This document shows positions 50,615 to 62,394 of a stretch of DNA of 64,000 bases, piece after piece. How positions within the stretch are numbered: the stretch's first letter is position 1; the number at the start of each line of letters is the position of its first letter. The translations under genes were made by a program, and so were the position numbers. This stretch comes from Candidatus Krumholzibacteriota bacterium. Lineage in GTDB: Bacteria > Krumholzibacteriota > Krumholzibacteriia > JAJRXK01. The stretch is taken from assembly GCA_963727455.1 (NCBI GenBank), contig CAVSGG010000009.1, positions 320,001-384,000 on the forward strand. Reading direction: 5' to 3'. Below the pieces are notes generated by a model. That model was given only the letters and a program-made list of their open reading frames with translations, was not told the DNA's origin and made no database searches.

Positions 50615-51488
50615 TCACTTGCGTTCGAGGATGGTCCGCAGGTCGCCGATGCCTTCCACCGAACACACGACTTCGTCCCCGTGCTGCAGTGGGCTCACTC
50701 CCTCCGGGGTTCCCATGAGGACCATATCACCCGGGTAGAGCGTCAAGTGGCGCGAGAGGTAGGCGATGGCGTGCGGAATATCCACCACCCAGTCCCGAGT
50801 GCTGGCGTCCTGGCGCAGCTCTCCATTCACCCGGGCTTGAACGCGTAGATCGGAGATGTCGATCTGTTCTCGGGGTACCAGGCACGGACCCAAAGGACAG
50901 AATCCGTCCAGGTTCTTGCCGCGAAACCAAGGGAATTTCAATTCGCGATCGCGCCCTTGCAGACTGCGCGCCGTAAGATCGTTGGCCACGGTGTAGCCAG
51001 CGACATAGCTCATGGCTTCCGAGAGCGTGATGTCCTTCCCTTCGCTCCCTATCACCAGCGCAACTTCCGCTTCGTGATCGACCCGTTCTTCGTACCAGGA
51101 AGGGACCGTGACGGTGGCGCCGCTGGGACGCAAGAGCTCGGGCAATTTGTTGAAGAACAGAGGCTCCTCGGGGCACCTCTTCTCCAAACTCCGCCGCATG
51201 GGCGCGGAAGTTCTTGCCCAGTGCGAGGATCTTGCCCACCCGCGATGCCGCAATGGGGGTATCCAACTCGAGCGCAGAATCCCGCGGCGGCGAAACTTCC
51301 TTCCAGCCTCCACTTCGAAGCCGGGCCGAGAGTTGGGAGGGCGCGAAGAAACCTCGGCGGGACAGCTCGAGGAACTCGGCGGGCAGACCCTCTTCGGCCA
51401 GATGAGCACTCAGATCGAGGAAGCGGTCCTCTGTCTCGAGCACCAGAGGATGCTCCGGGGCGGCGAGACGATAGATGCGGGCAATCAT
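50615..51488 (-). CDS. Fumarylacetoacetate hydrolase-family protein (one frameshift near 51175)
   Basis: KILALGKNFRAHAAE, then EEPLFFNK, DHEAE, GYTVANDLTAR, K..DGFCPLGP, PGD..LMGTPEGV. Confidence 0.88.
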
Positions 51489-51610
51489 GGTCACCTCGTA
51501 CATTCAAGGAGGGTGTATCCTGCGCCGTTTTTCGCGCTCTGGCAAGGCTTGCAGCGCGGAGACGGAAGTGCTTGCATGCAGGGGTGTCCTTCAATCGGGG
51601 AGAGTCACCG

Positions 51611-54381
51611 TTGCGCGGACTGCATGTGTCGCTGTGTTTCTTGTACCTGTTGCTCGCGACGCCCATCCGGGCGGAAACTCTGCGCCTGCCCGCCACGGCC
51701 GACGTTTGGCTATCGCACGCCACGCCACGCGAGAGCGATACGGGCGCCGGAGGCAGCCCAGTCTTCAAGTTGAAATCCGTGCAGGAACTGGCAGCAATTC
51801 GTTTCGACCTCACATCGATTCGCACGAGGCCTCTCCTCGCAGCGCGTCTTCACCTGCGCGGCCGAGGTACCTACGCGCCCCGCTGGTTACGCGTGTCCAC
51901 CGTGAGCTCACAGTGGACGGAAGGAAGGGCGGAGCGCGCCTACTCGGGACGTGACGGCGCAAGTTGGAACTCTCCCGACATTCCCCGACGGCGACCAGCT
52001 GGTCCTGGCCGGGCTCCTCCTTTTGCGACGTCTGCATGGGCGCGGGCAACACCGAAGTGCATACCCTCGCGGTACAGAGGGACGCGGAGCGCTGGATCAG
52101 CGTCGAGCTGCCTACTTCCTTGGTGGAGGCCATGGCCTGCGGCATCAGCGACGGATTGGCACTGATGGAGGGCGGCTCGCCCTACATGCGGAACTACTAC
52201 TTCCAGAGCGCCCAATCTTGGGAAGGAGTGCCGTGGTTGGAGCTAGAGTGCGAGACCCATCTTCTGGACCACCCCCTACCGCTCCACAGCTGAGTCTTTT
52301 CGCCGACGAGTCCCGCGCCAGCCTTGATAGGAGGAGCGACGCGCGTGGCCGTTGCGTACGACTGCGCCGCCTTCGCGTACCGCGGGTGGCTCGATGGCAA
52401 AGCTCTGGAGAACTGGCAAATTCCCCGTCCGCTGCAACGGCGACTCGACGGTCTTCTGGCTGAAGGGTCTGCAAGCCGGCACTCGCCATACTCTCTCCCT
52501 GCAAGCCCTGTCGAAAGTGGGACTTGCCTCGTCCCGCATCGAGACTCAGCTTTCGGCCCAGCGAAGCGCTGCCCGAACCGGCGCCCCTGGCCAGGAGCGC
52601 TCGCACGCCTCGAGAGAACGCGCCAGCCAGACCACCCTCCGTATGGGCCGAGCCCGCGCTGGCCAAGCTCGATCCGGTCGCTACGCTCCGACTCGACGAA
52701 AGGGGGCTCGAGGCTCTGAGACCCTGGGTATCGAATGCGGTATGGGATGGGAAGAGAGTGCGGCTGGCGGGAGCGCGGCGCGAAACACTGTCCTTTCAAC
52801 TCGTGGTGCAGAGCGAGGGAGAGGATTCTCTAGGCAGCGTGACGATCCGTCCGCGAGATCTGCTATCGGTGAACGGCGACACGCTTTCTCATTCCAGTTT
52901 CAAACTCTATTCGCTCTGGTACGTGCAGCGTGCCGACACGAGATGGCAGCCCTCCTACCTCGTTCCGTTCGAAGCTGGCGTGCCCGTGGACCTCAGCCCG
53001 AAGTAGCAATGGACCCGCGCGCGCGTCCAACCGCGCCTGTTCATCGAGTTGGAGCTTCCAGACGACGCCACGCCCGGAGTCTACCGCGGTGCACTGACGC
53101 GTCGAGTGGCAAGCAGGAGGAACCCAACAACTCCCCATCGAACTCGAACTGGTGAATTGGAGTCTGCCGCGCACGCCGGGCTTTCGAATCGAGCTCAACG
53201 CCTACCATGTGCCCAAGACCGCCCTCAGCTACTTTCGCATCGCGAGACAGAACCGTTGCGTGTTCACTCCCTGGGTCCTGAGCCCGCGCCTGCGCAAGGG
53301 TCGCGCTGGACCCTCTCTCGATTGGTCCGAGTACGACCTCCTCGCCGATTCACTCCTCACCGGCAGCGCCTTTCCCGACGATCCCCGGCCCCTGGAAGTC
53401 CTTTATCTGCCGTTCTGGGAATCGTGGCCGACGACGATCACTCCCGCGAACTACCACTATCGCGGTCGCTGGCCCAAGCGCGGGGATCCCTACCGCTGGA
53501 TGTGGGATCACCCCGAAAGCGCACCGAGGATCGATCGGGCCTTCGATGCCAGCTATCTGCGCGCGTTCGCGAAGGTGGAAGGATCCTTCGTGGATCACTT
53601 CGAGCAGAAGGGCTGGAACCAAACCGAGTTGCATTGCTTTTTCGGTTCCAAGATGCGGCATCGTACCGACTACGGACGCTCGACCTGGTGGAATACGGAC
53701 GAACCACTGTACTGGACCGATTGGTCGGCCCTCGGCTTTTTCCTTTCTCTCTTCGATGAGAACCTCCCGCCACAAAAGCGTTCGCAGTGGCTCACGCGCG
53801 CGGATGTGTCGCGACCGGAGTGGCTGGAGGGCGCCCTCGATTCGCGGGCACGGATCGTCTATACCGGCGGCCAGACTAGTGCGGCGCAGGCCCGGCGCTG
53901 TCGTGAACTCGCGCGTTCGCTGCACTTTCGCTGGCAGGTCTATGGCGCGGTGAATCAGGAAGACGCCCCGGTCAGCGACACCGTGGCGTGGATCGCAAGA
54001 GCCTGGTTGGACGGAGCGCGCGGGGCTCTGGTCTGGCTCAGTTTGGGAAACGCAGACTCCTGGGCGAACTACGATCCGGACGATGCTCCCGGAACGGCGC
54101 TGCTTCTGGCGCCGAGCCCCGCAGGGCGGGGCCGAGTGGTGGGGGATTTACGCTTGAAGGCCCTTCGCGATGCGCAACAGCTCAGCGAATGGCTGAAACT
54201 GCTCGAGACGAAGGAAGGACTGAAGCGACCCCAAATGGAGAGTCTGGTTCGTCCCTTTCTGCAGAGGGGGCCGACGGACGCGCGGAAAGTCGAGCCCGAC
54301 GGTCTCCCAATGCCAGATCAGGGGTTCTCCACGCGCTCTCTGGAGGAGCTGCGCATGGCGATTCTGCAGCGCCTCTTCTGA
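51611..54381 (+). CDS. Large secreted protein, multiply frameshifted: DNRLRE-like N-terminal domain with a GH123/DUF4091-like glycoside hydrolase-like region
   Basis: Signal peptide, TADVWL...RFDL...W.EG; AGARRETLSFQLV; ELPDDATPGVYRG; DEP; LRLKALRDAQQ. Pieces lie in ORFs 50957, 51964, 52524, 53049 and 53152. Confidence 0.55.
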
Positions 54382-54485
54382 GCTAGGTGGCTGGAAATCG
54401 CCGAGGTGCTTGTGTCATACTCTCCTCGCGTCCCGGCGAATTCCCCTGAACTTTCCGAGCCATCGAATCCGCGAGATTTCCGAGC

Positions 54486-56663
54486 ATGAAAGCCCACACT
54501 CTCCTACTCCTTTTCGGGTTTGCGCTGTTCGGCGTCACGGCTTCTTCCGCTGCGAATTTGCACCTGATCCTCCGTGACCAGGACAGCGGCGAGGCTGCGG
54601 CTGCCAGGCTACAGGTCTTTTCGCAAGAGGGCGACGCACTGAGTGTTCCCGATCCTTCGCTCCACACCCATCTCGATCTGACGAATCGGCCCTATCTCTA
54701 CGCTGAGGGTGAGCTGACACTCGAACTTCCGCCCGGCGTGTATCGCGTATGCGTGCTGGGCGGTCCGACTCGTATTCCGCGTCAATACACCGTCGATCTC
54801 GCGGGAGACCGTGAACTGATTCTGAGCGTCGGACACTGGATCGATCTTCGCGAATGGGGCTGGATCTCCGCCGACCCACACGTTCACCGTACGCACGCTG
54901 ACGGTTCGAGCGTGTATCCCCTTCCGAGCGTGGAAGAAGTGGGTAAAATGGCGCGGGCGGAGGATCTCGATCTCCTGTATCTCCTGGACAACCACTTCGA
55001 TACGCCGAGTGGAGCGGTCCGCTTCGACCAGAGGGGATCGTTGATCGTATGGGGGGAAGAATTTCGAAGCGGTTTCTGGGGACATGTCGTGGTGCTGGGC
55101 GCGAGAACGCTCGTCACCGTGGACGGGAACCCCTGGGCCAACGGTCCCAGACTTCCCGCCTGGCCCCTCCTGCAGAAGGTTCTTGCAAACGCCAGTCCGC
55201 CGCTGGCGTACATCGCACATCCGCACACCGGAGGAAGCTCGCAATACGTTCTGAGTTGGCCCGACACGGGCGAGGCACGCGAACTGGCTTCGCTCGCCAT
55301 GGGCTCTCAGGTGGCCGGCGTGGCGACGGCGAGTTGGAGCAATGACCCAGCTCGGCGCTGGAACCTGCAGTCGTTGATCGATGGATTGGAGGCCGGTGCA
55401 CACTGGGCGAGCCTCGGCGAGACCGATGCCGTGCTCGACCGGCCCCTCATTCCTCCCGTAGGGTCCCTGCGCACCTATGCTCAGATCGACAATCCGGCTC
55501 AGCCGGCGCACGCCCTACTCGATCGCCAATGGCGGGATGCGGTGGTGGCTCAGCGCTGCTATGCGTCGAACGGTCCCCTACTGCTGGACTACCGTTTGAA
55601 CGATGCCTCCCTCGGCGATCGGCTGCAGCTTTCCAGTGACTCGGCCGTACTGCAACTCCACCTCGTTTCCTGGGCGCCGATCGAACGCGTTACGATTCAT
55701 GGCAGAGCTGGCCGTTGTCAAGACCTACCGTTCGATCCCTCGGACGCGAACGATTTGAGCGTGAGCGCGACGCTTGACTTTCCGCGCGACGACGCGGTCT
55801 TCGTGGAGGCGGTGGCTCAAGGCGGAAGCTGGTTCGCGCCACAGGACAGTCTTCGTCTCGTGAGTTCTCCCATCTACGTGGAGAGAGGCATCCCGGCCGA
55901 GGTGTCGATCGAGATTGCGCGGAGCAGTGCCGACGAGTTGGCTTCCTTCTATCAACAGAGTTTGAAACGGCGTGGCTACCCCACTGCGGCCGACAGCCTG
56001 GCGGCGCGCGAAATCCTGTTGGGCGATGCCGCAAAATGGGAAGCTCTGGCCGACGATCCCCCGGGTGAGTTTCGTCTGCTCTGGCCCGAAGAGGGTCGCG
56101 TCATGGGCGAGAGTGGCTTTCGGATTTCTTGGCAGCACGCCCGGAGCTACGACGGCGAACGAATCCGCTACGTGGTGGAAGTGGATCAATCAGCCGAATT
56201 CGACGCGCCGCAGGTCTATCCGGCGCAAGAAGATACGGTTCTCGACCTTCGCTCACTCGAGCCGGGACAGAAGTACTGGTGGCGGGTCCGCGCGCAAGAG
56301 GACGATGGAGACTCCACCTGGAACCAAGAAGGCCCCCGGAGTTTTCAGCTCGCGCTGCAGGTGGTAGCCGCTCCCGTTGCCACCGGTGCCTTCCTGCGCA
56401 TTTCCCTCTTGGGCAGGACCGCGCGCGGGCTGCGCTTCTCTCTCGAGCTGAGCCGTGCCGCAGAGGTCCGCTTGCGCTTGGTGGACGTCAAAGGACGGGT
56501 CGTGCGGGAGCTAGAGCGACGGGAATTCTCCGCTGGACAGCATGAGATTTCGTGGGACGGCCGGGATGACCGGGGAACTCGGGTCGCGGCCGGGGTGTTC
56601 TGGCTGCTCGCCGAATCCGAGGGAGAGCGCCGCTCCATCTCCGCAGTGCTACTCTCGCGTTGA
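54486..56663 (+). CDS. Secreted CehA/McbA-like (PHP-fold) metallohydrolase with FN3-like and FlgD-Ig C-terminal domains
   Basis: Signal peptide; GWISADPHVH, GEE, GH, IAHPH, ETD, RTYA, ASNGP; YWWRVRA; WDGRDD.G...GVF. Confidence 0.78.
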   Translation: MKAHTLLLLFGFALFGVTASSAANLHLILRDQDSGEAAAARLQVFSQEGDALSVPDPSLHTHLDLTNRPYLYAEGELTLELPPGVYRVCVLGGPTRIPRQYTVDLAGDRELILSVGHWIDLREWGWISADPHVHRTHADGSSVYPLPSVEEVGKMARAEDLDLLYLLDNHFDTPSGAVRFDQRGSLIVWGEEFRSGFWGHVVVLGARTLVTVDGNPWANGPRLPAWPLLQKVLANASPPLAYIAHPHTGGSSQYVLSWPDTGEARELASLAMGSQVAGVATASWSNDPARRWNLQSLIDGLEAGAHWASLGETDAVLDRPLIPPVGSLRTYAQIDNPAQPAHALLDRQWRDAVVAQRCYASNGPLLLDYRLNDASLGDRLQLSSDSAVLQLHLVSWAPIERVTIHGRAGRCQDLPFDPSDANDLSVSATLDFPRDDAVFVEAVAQGGSWFAPQDSLRLVSSPIYVERGIPAEVSIEIARSSADELASFYQQSLKRRGYPTAADSLAAREILLGDAAKWEALADDPPGEFRLLWPEEGRVMGESGFRISWQHARSYDGERIRYVVEVDQSAEFDAPQVYPAQEDTVLDLRSLEPGQKYWWRVRAQEDDGDSTWNQEGPRSFQLALQVVAAPVATGAFLRISLLGRTARGLRFSLELSRAAEVRLRLVDVKGRVVRELERREFSAGQHEISWDGRDDRGTRVAAGVFWLLAESEGERRSISAVLLSR

Positions 56664-58547
56664 CTCGCCCGCGCTGGCGGCGATGAGCTCGTTGATCCGA
56701 CGCGCGAATGCGGCCGGATCCTTGGGTCGGGAGCCCTCGGCAAGTACCGCTTCGTCGTAGAGAAGGCGACCGAAGGCCTCGACGCGCGCATCCGTGCTGT
56801 CGCGCTCGTACAGCGACCTGAGTGCCTGCACCGCGGAGTGCTCGGGATTCAATTCCAGAATCCGCTTGCTCTCGGGTAGCTCCTCATCACGTCCCATCCT
56901 CTCCAGCAGCCGCTCCATGTGCGAACCCAGTGCACCCTCCGCCGCCACCAAACACGCCGCGCTCTCGCGCAACCTCGAGCTGAGGCGCACTTCGGAAACC
57001 TCTTCGATACGGGAATCCAGATACTCAAGGACGGCCTCGTAGCTCTCTTTCGTGAGCTGGGAGATCTCCTCGTCCTTCGTCTCCTCGCGGTCCACTGCGC
57101 GCAGGGGCTTGTCCTTGTAGCTGGGCAGGGAGTGAACCAGGAATTCGTCCACCGGATCGGTCAGAAGCAAGACCTCTTGCCCCTTGGACTTGAAAGACTC
57201 CAGATAGGGCGCGTTTTCTAGCTGGGACCGTTCTTCGCCGATCAGATACCAGATCGCCTCCTGATCCTCCGGCATGCCCGCCACATAGTGTTCCAGCGTG
57301 GTGGTCTCTCCGGCCTGGGTGCGCGTACTCTCGAAGAGCAGAAGCTCGGCCACCGCGTCGTGGTTCTCGAAGTCGCGGGTGATACCCTCTTTCAGAACGG
57401 GTCCCATGCGCTTGAAGAACTTCTCGTACTTGCTGCGATCCTCCGATTTCATTTCGGCCAAGCTCTTCAGAATTCTCTTGGTGAGGTTCTTGCGGATCTT
57501 GTGAACGAGCGCGTTCTCTTGCAGGAGCTCCCGCGAGACGTTCAGCGGCAGGTCCGCGCTGTCGACCACCCCGCGCACGAAACGCAAATACGGTGGGAGC
57601 AGTTCCTGGCAGTCGTCCATGATGAATACGCGCTGAATGTACAGGCTGAGTCCGCCACTGGATTCGCCGAAGAGCTGGTCCCAGGGCGGCGCCTGTGGAA
57701 TGAAGAGAAGCGATTTGAACTCGATGACACCCTCTGCGCTGTAGTGGATGGTCGAGAGGGGATCTTGGAAATCGTGCGCGATCTGTTTGTAGAATTCGGC
57801 GTAGTCGCTCTCGGAGAGTTCTTTGGGCGATCTGAGCCAAATCGCTTTCCCACTGTTGAGCCTCTCCTCTACCGCCTCTTCTTTTCCGTCGGATTCTTTC
57901 GTGATCTCCATTACCACGGGATGTTCGATGAAGTCACTGTACTTGCGAACCAAATCCATGAGCCGATGGTTCTCTAGGTATTCCTGTGCATCCTCCCTCA
58001 GGTGCAGACGAATCTCCGTGCCCACCTCCGGCTTCTCTATGTCCACCAGCGTGAACTCGCCTTCCCCGCGGCTGGTCCACTCCACACCCTGGCTCTCGCC
58101 GGCGCGGCGCGAGGATACCGTAATTTCGTCGGCGACCATGAAGGCCGAATAGAAACCTACCCCGAACTGGCCGATCAGCTCGGGACGATCGGCTGACTTG
58201 GCCTGTTGGAGTTGTTCCAGGAAGGCCCGGGTGCCGCTCTTGGCGATGGTGCCAAGATCCTCCACGATGCTCTCACGGCTCATGCCGATACCATTGTCAC
58301 TCACGCTCAAGGTCTTCGACTCTTTGTCCGCCGAAATGCGGATCTTGAGTTCGCCATGCTCCTCCCGCAGCTGGGGACGGGTCAGAGCTTCGAAACGAAG
58401 CTTGTCCAGAGCATCGCTCGCGTTCGAAATGAGTTCGCGCAGGAAGACCTCGCGGTGACTGTAGAGCGAATGGGTGATGATCTCGAGGACCTGACGCAGG
58501 TCGGCCTTGAACTGGAGGGTCTCTTTGCTGGACTTCGCTTTTGCCAT
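56649..58547 (-). CDS. htpG: Molecular chaperone HtpG (Hsp90)
   Basis: HSLYS..EVFLRELISNASDA, DNGIGM, LGTIAKSGT, IGQFGVGFYSAF, LPLNVSRE. Confidence 0.98.
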   Translation of the reverse strand: MAKAKSSKETLQFKADLRQVLEIITHSLYSHREVFLRELISNASDALDKLRFEALTRPQLREEHGELKIRISADKESKTLSVSDNGIGMSRESIVEDLGTIAKSGTRAFLEQLQQAKSADRPELIGQFGVGFYSAFMVADEITVSSRRAGESQGVEWTSRGEGEFTLVDIEKPEVGTEIRLHLREDAQEYLENHRLMDLVRKYSDFIEHPVVMEITKESDGKEEAVEERLNSGKAIWLRSPKELSESDYAEFYKQIAHDFQDPLSTIHYSAEGVIEFKSLLFIPQAPPWDQLFGESSGGLSLYIQRVFIMDDCQELLPPYLRFVRGVVDSADLPLNVSRELLQENALVHKIRKNLTKRILKSLAEMKSEDRSKYEKFFKRMGPVLKEGITRDFENHDAVAELLLFESTRTQAGETTTLEHYVAGMPEDQEAIWYLIGEERSQLENAPYLESFKSKGQEVLLLTDPVDEFLVHSLPSYKDKPLRAVDREETKDEEISQLTKESYEAVLEYLDSRIEEVSEVRLSSRLRESAACLVAAEGALGSHMERLLERMGRDEELPESKRILELNPEHSAVQALRSLYERDSTDARVEAFGRLLYDEAVLAEGSRPKDPAAFARRINELIAASAGESTRE

Positions 58548-58726
58548 CTCATTACACCTCTTGGGCCTTGATCACTCCCTGCATTTGCGCGAGCGTCCTC
58601 TCGACTCGCCTGGCTGCGCGGGGCTCTGCCTTCGCTCTGCGCCAAGACTTTAGAAAACCCCGCCACAGCTCGCAAGCTCGATGTGCGCATTGCCTTTGAC
58701 GGAACAGTCGCTATCATCCCCTGACC

Positions 58727-60087
58727 ATGAACCACCCCTTCGACCAGGAACGGCTGAGCCAGAGACGAATTCTCATCTTCTGGCTACCCCTGGCCGCCAC
58801 CTGGCTGATGATGGCGTTCGAAGGCCCATTCCTCGCGGCCATCATCGCACGGCTCGTGGAGCCGAAATTCAATTTGGCCGCTTACGGGGTCAGCTACGCC
58901 TTCGCGATCATCATCGAGTCGCCGGTGATCATGATCATGAGCGCCGCGACTGCGCTGGCCGCCGATGGACCGAGCTTCCGCCGTCTGAGGCGCTTCACTT
59001 ACCTGCTCAACGGTCTGATCACCGCGTTTCAGATCGTCCTCCTCGCCACTCCCCTCTTCGACTGGGTCACCGGAACCCTGATGAACCTGCCGCTGGAAGT
59101 GCGGCAGCTCACGCGAGTCTCGCTGTGGATCATGCTTCCCTGGCCGGGCGCGATCGGATACCGGCGGCTCTACCAGGGAGTGCTGATTCGCGCAGAGTTT
59201 CACGCGGCGCGTCGCCTACGGCACGGTGGTTCGTCTGCTCAGCATGAGTTCGGTGGCGCTGGTGCTCTTCTGGTTGAGGCCGGTTCCGGGAGCTTACGTG
59301 GGAGCCGCCGCGCTGGCCTGCGGCGTCTGCGCGGAGGCCCTGGCGAGCCGGCTCATGGCGCGAGCAGCGCTTGAGGCGATTGGCGGAGCCGGAGGATTCA
59401 CTTCCGGGTCTCGGATATCTGGAAATCGTCCGTTTCTACCTGCCGCTGGCTCTCACCTCGACGATTTCCCTCGCCGCGCATCCCATGGTGACCTTCTTCA
59501 TGGGACACGCCGCCTACAGTCTCGAGTCGCTCGCGGTTCTTCCGGTGGTGAATTCCCTATCCTTCATCTTCCGCAGCCCCGCGCTCGCCTTTCACGACGT
59601 GGTGATTGCGCTCATGGGCAATCGTTGGCGCCAACTCGTTCCCTTGAAGACCTTCGCGAAGTTACTCGCTCTGGTGAGTCTCTCTCGGTTTCGCACTCAT
59701 CGCCTTCACCCCACTCGCGGAGATTCTGGTTCGGTACCTTGAGCGGGCTCGAACCGGAACTCATCTCCTTTCGCCCTCCCTCCCACGCGAATCCTGGTTC
59801 TCTTTCCGGCCCTTTCGGTTCTTCTCTCGTTCGAGCGCTCCATTCTAGTGTGCGGACGCCGCACTGAACCCATCTCCTGGGCGACCGCGGCCGAGTTGTT
59901 CGCAATCGCGACCGTCCTCTGGCTTTCGATTCACTTGCTCTCGCTGCCCGGTGCCACCTGCGCGGCCATCGCCTATCTCGGGGGACGGATCGTGGGAAAC
60001 CTCACGCTGATCCGACCTGTGCTGCGAATCCTCGCGACCGCCTACTGCGGTCCCCGCAGAGGATTGCTCATGATCATCCGCAGATAG
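58727..60087 (+). CDS. MOP/MATE-superfamily transporter, ANKH-like; several frameshifts
   Basis: Two internal repeats beginning IFWLPLA and RFYLPLA; LAAYGV; pieces in ORFs 58727, 59226, 59371 and 59848. Confidence 0.65.
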
Positions 60088-60299
60088 AGCTCGCGGGCGC
60101 GTTCGGTTGCCTTCTGCGAGGCCCAGAATGGCGCATTCTTCAGGAAGATCTGCCTCTGCAATTTCGCGAAATTGAGCGTGGCCATGACGGACGCGCTGTC
60201 TCTCGGCGCGATGGCGGGGAGACGGCCGGACTGCAGAAGCGAGCCGAAGCTCAGGGGAATCGATCCCTCTGAGCCGCGGCGCGGAGGACTCTCGGGGCT

Positions 60300-60683
60300 T
60301 CACAGCTCGTCGCTGAGCCGATAGCCCCGCGTGGGATCCCAGGCAAAATCGCTCTCGCCCTCTCCCCTCCTCGGGGGTTCCTTGTCCAGCGCTACTTTCT
60401 GCGGGTGCGGGGATGGACGAGCGCGGGCTGCGTTGGCTGGAGTTTGCCAGTCGCGGCGCGCCGGAAAGAAGGCGCGGGTCGATGAGTTGCAGGCTTTTGT
60501 CTTCGGCGAAATAGGGGGCAAGGCTGCGAGCCAAGTTCGCCCTTCACGAGTCTCTCGATGATCGAGAAGGAGCCACATTCGCGGGAGCAGTGCGATCAGC
60601 AAGGTGGCCAAAACGAGCGCGGCGAAGGCCGGCCCGCGGTAGTCGACCCGATGCCGTCTCCATCTGGCAAGAGCGGTGGACAT
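60300..60683 (-). CDS. Hypothetical protein with one N-terminal TM, possibly frameshifted
   Basis: ATG 60683 preceded by GGAG; hydrophobic stretch AFAALVLATLLIALL; no family recognised. Confidence 0.4.
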   Translation of the reverse strand: MSTALARWRRHRVDYRGPAFAALVLATLLIALLPRMWLLLDHRETREGRTWLAALPPISPKTKACNSSTRAFFPARRDWQTPANAARARPSPHPQKVALDKEPPRRGEGESDFAWDPTRGYRLSDEL

Positions 60684-60853
60684 GATCTCTCCGATTCGCG
60701 CGACGACGTCGATTCGAGGATACCAGAGAAGTGATGCGCCCGAAATCGCGCCCCCGGACCAGCGGAGAGCGACGGCCTGTTCTCGACGCGCCTCCCCCAT
60801 CGTTCTACACTGAGGTCTCGAATTCGATCCCCCTTGGACATCGGGAGTCGCGT

Positions 60854-61832
60854 ATGAAACTCCAGCGCGCCGGTGGGATACTCCGCCTCGCACTCTGCCT
60901 CGTTCTCTGCGGCTGTGCGCTGCTCGGCGTCATCGCCTGTGCCACTTCCTATGGAACCAGCGCTGCCAGCAGTGAGGCGCGCCTCGGCGAAGACCAGACC
61001 TACCGGCAGGAAATCGACGCTTGGCATGCCAGACGCGTCGCTCGGCTCCAACGCGAGGACGGTTGGCTTACTCTGGTCGGTCTCTACCCGCTCGTCGAAG
61101 GCGACAATACGGTCGGATCGAGCGCGGACAGCCAAGTGCAACTTCCTCAGAGCGCGCCCGACTCACTCGGCGTCATCCATCGTACTGGTACGAGTTTCAG
61201 CTTCACTCCGAGCGGGAAAGGCACGGTGGAGAGCGCGGGAAATCCGCTTGTGGGTGATATTGCTCTCCTTAGCCGACGTTTCGGAGAATCCCACCGTTCT
61301 GCAAAGCGGCAGCCTCCGCTTCTATCTCATCGATCGGGGCGATGAGTACTTCGTGAGAGTCAAGGACAGCGAGAGCGAAGTACGGCGCAACTTCGCTGGG
61401 ATCGAACGATTTCCGGTAGATTCGAGCTGGCGTATTCGCGCGCAATGGAAGCCCTATGACCCTCCCAAGGCCCTGAAGATCCGCAACGTCTTGGGACAGG
61501 TCTCCAGCGAACCGCTATACGGGGTGGTCGAGTTTTCGCGTGAGGGAAAGACGATCCAGCTGCAAGCAAGCGGTAAACCCAGCGAGGAACTCTTCTTGGT
61601 CTTCGGTGACGCGACGAACGGACTCACCACCTACGGCGGCGGCCGCTTTCTCTATCTCGATCCTCCCAAAGAAGACGGAACCATCATCCTGGATTTCAAC
61701 AAGGCCTATGATCCTCCCTGTGTATTTACTCCCTACGCGACCTGTCCTTTGCCGCCGGAGGGAAACGTTCTCCCCTTCGCGGTCACGGCCGGCGAGAAAA
61801 TGTGGGATGGCGCGCACCACGAGGGCCCCTGA
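60854..61832 (+). CDS. DUF1684-family exported protein (one frameshift near 61260)
   Basis: DGWLTLVGL, then VRVKD, F.D.TNG..TYGGGRFLY, LDFNKAYDPPC.FTPYATCPLPP..N. Confidence 0.88.
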
Positions 61833-61953
61833 GAATTTCCATCGCGGCTTGACTCCGGTCACAGGGCGCCTCGCTGCGCCGTAGTGAGAATGGACGCGGC
61901 GATGACTACTGTGGTGCCATCGCCTCCCAAGCCCAAGAATCGAAAGGAAGATC

Positions 61954-62394
61954 GTGGATCGAGAATCCCTGGCTGGACGAAGGCTCTGGCTCTCGTGGGC
62001 CGCCCAGATCCTGGCTGCCGCCATTCTGGGGCAGACTCTCTACTTCAAGTTCCGTGGCGCGCCGGAAGCGGTCGCGATCTTCACCCGTCTGGGTGTCGAA
62101 CCATGGGGCCGTATTGCAACCGCAGTGCTGGAGTCGATCGCGGTAATCTTGCTCTTGAGCCCTCGATTGGCTGCAATGGGCGGCGGACTGGCGACTTGCC
62201 TCATGCTAGGCGCAATCCTCTCCCATCTCACAGTCTTGGGAATCAGCGTCGACGCGGATGGCGGTCTGCTGTTCGTCCTGGCTTGGGTGGTTCTCGCCTG
62301 CAGTCTGTCGGTGCTCTGGTTGCGCCGCCGGCAGATTCCCCTGATCGGAGCCCGGCTCCGTCACACGGAGACAGCCACCTCGACGAGAGCCTAG
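61954..62394 (+). CDS. DoxX-like membrane protein
   Basis: AILGQTLYFKF.GAPE, LG.EPWGRI, GAILSHLT.LGI, DGG.LF. Confidence 0.85.
   Translation: MDRESLAGRRLWLSWAAQILAAAILGQTLYFKFRGAPEAVAIFTRLGVEPWGRIATAVLESIAVILLLSPRLAAMGGGLATCLMLGAILSHLTVLGISVDADGGLLFVLAWVVLACSLSVLWLRRRQIPLIGARLRHTETATSTRA

Noticed and set aside
58548-58726. CIRCE element upstream of htpG
   Set aside because: No TTAGCACTC-N9-GAGTGCTAA match.
62206-62390. C-terminal extension of the last ORF overlapping the DoxX gene
   Set aside because: Artefact of a 1-nt insertion; the true end appears to be LVLVR* at 62391.
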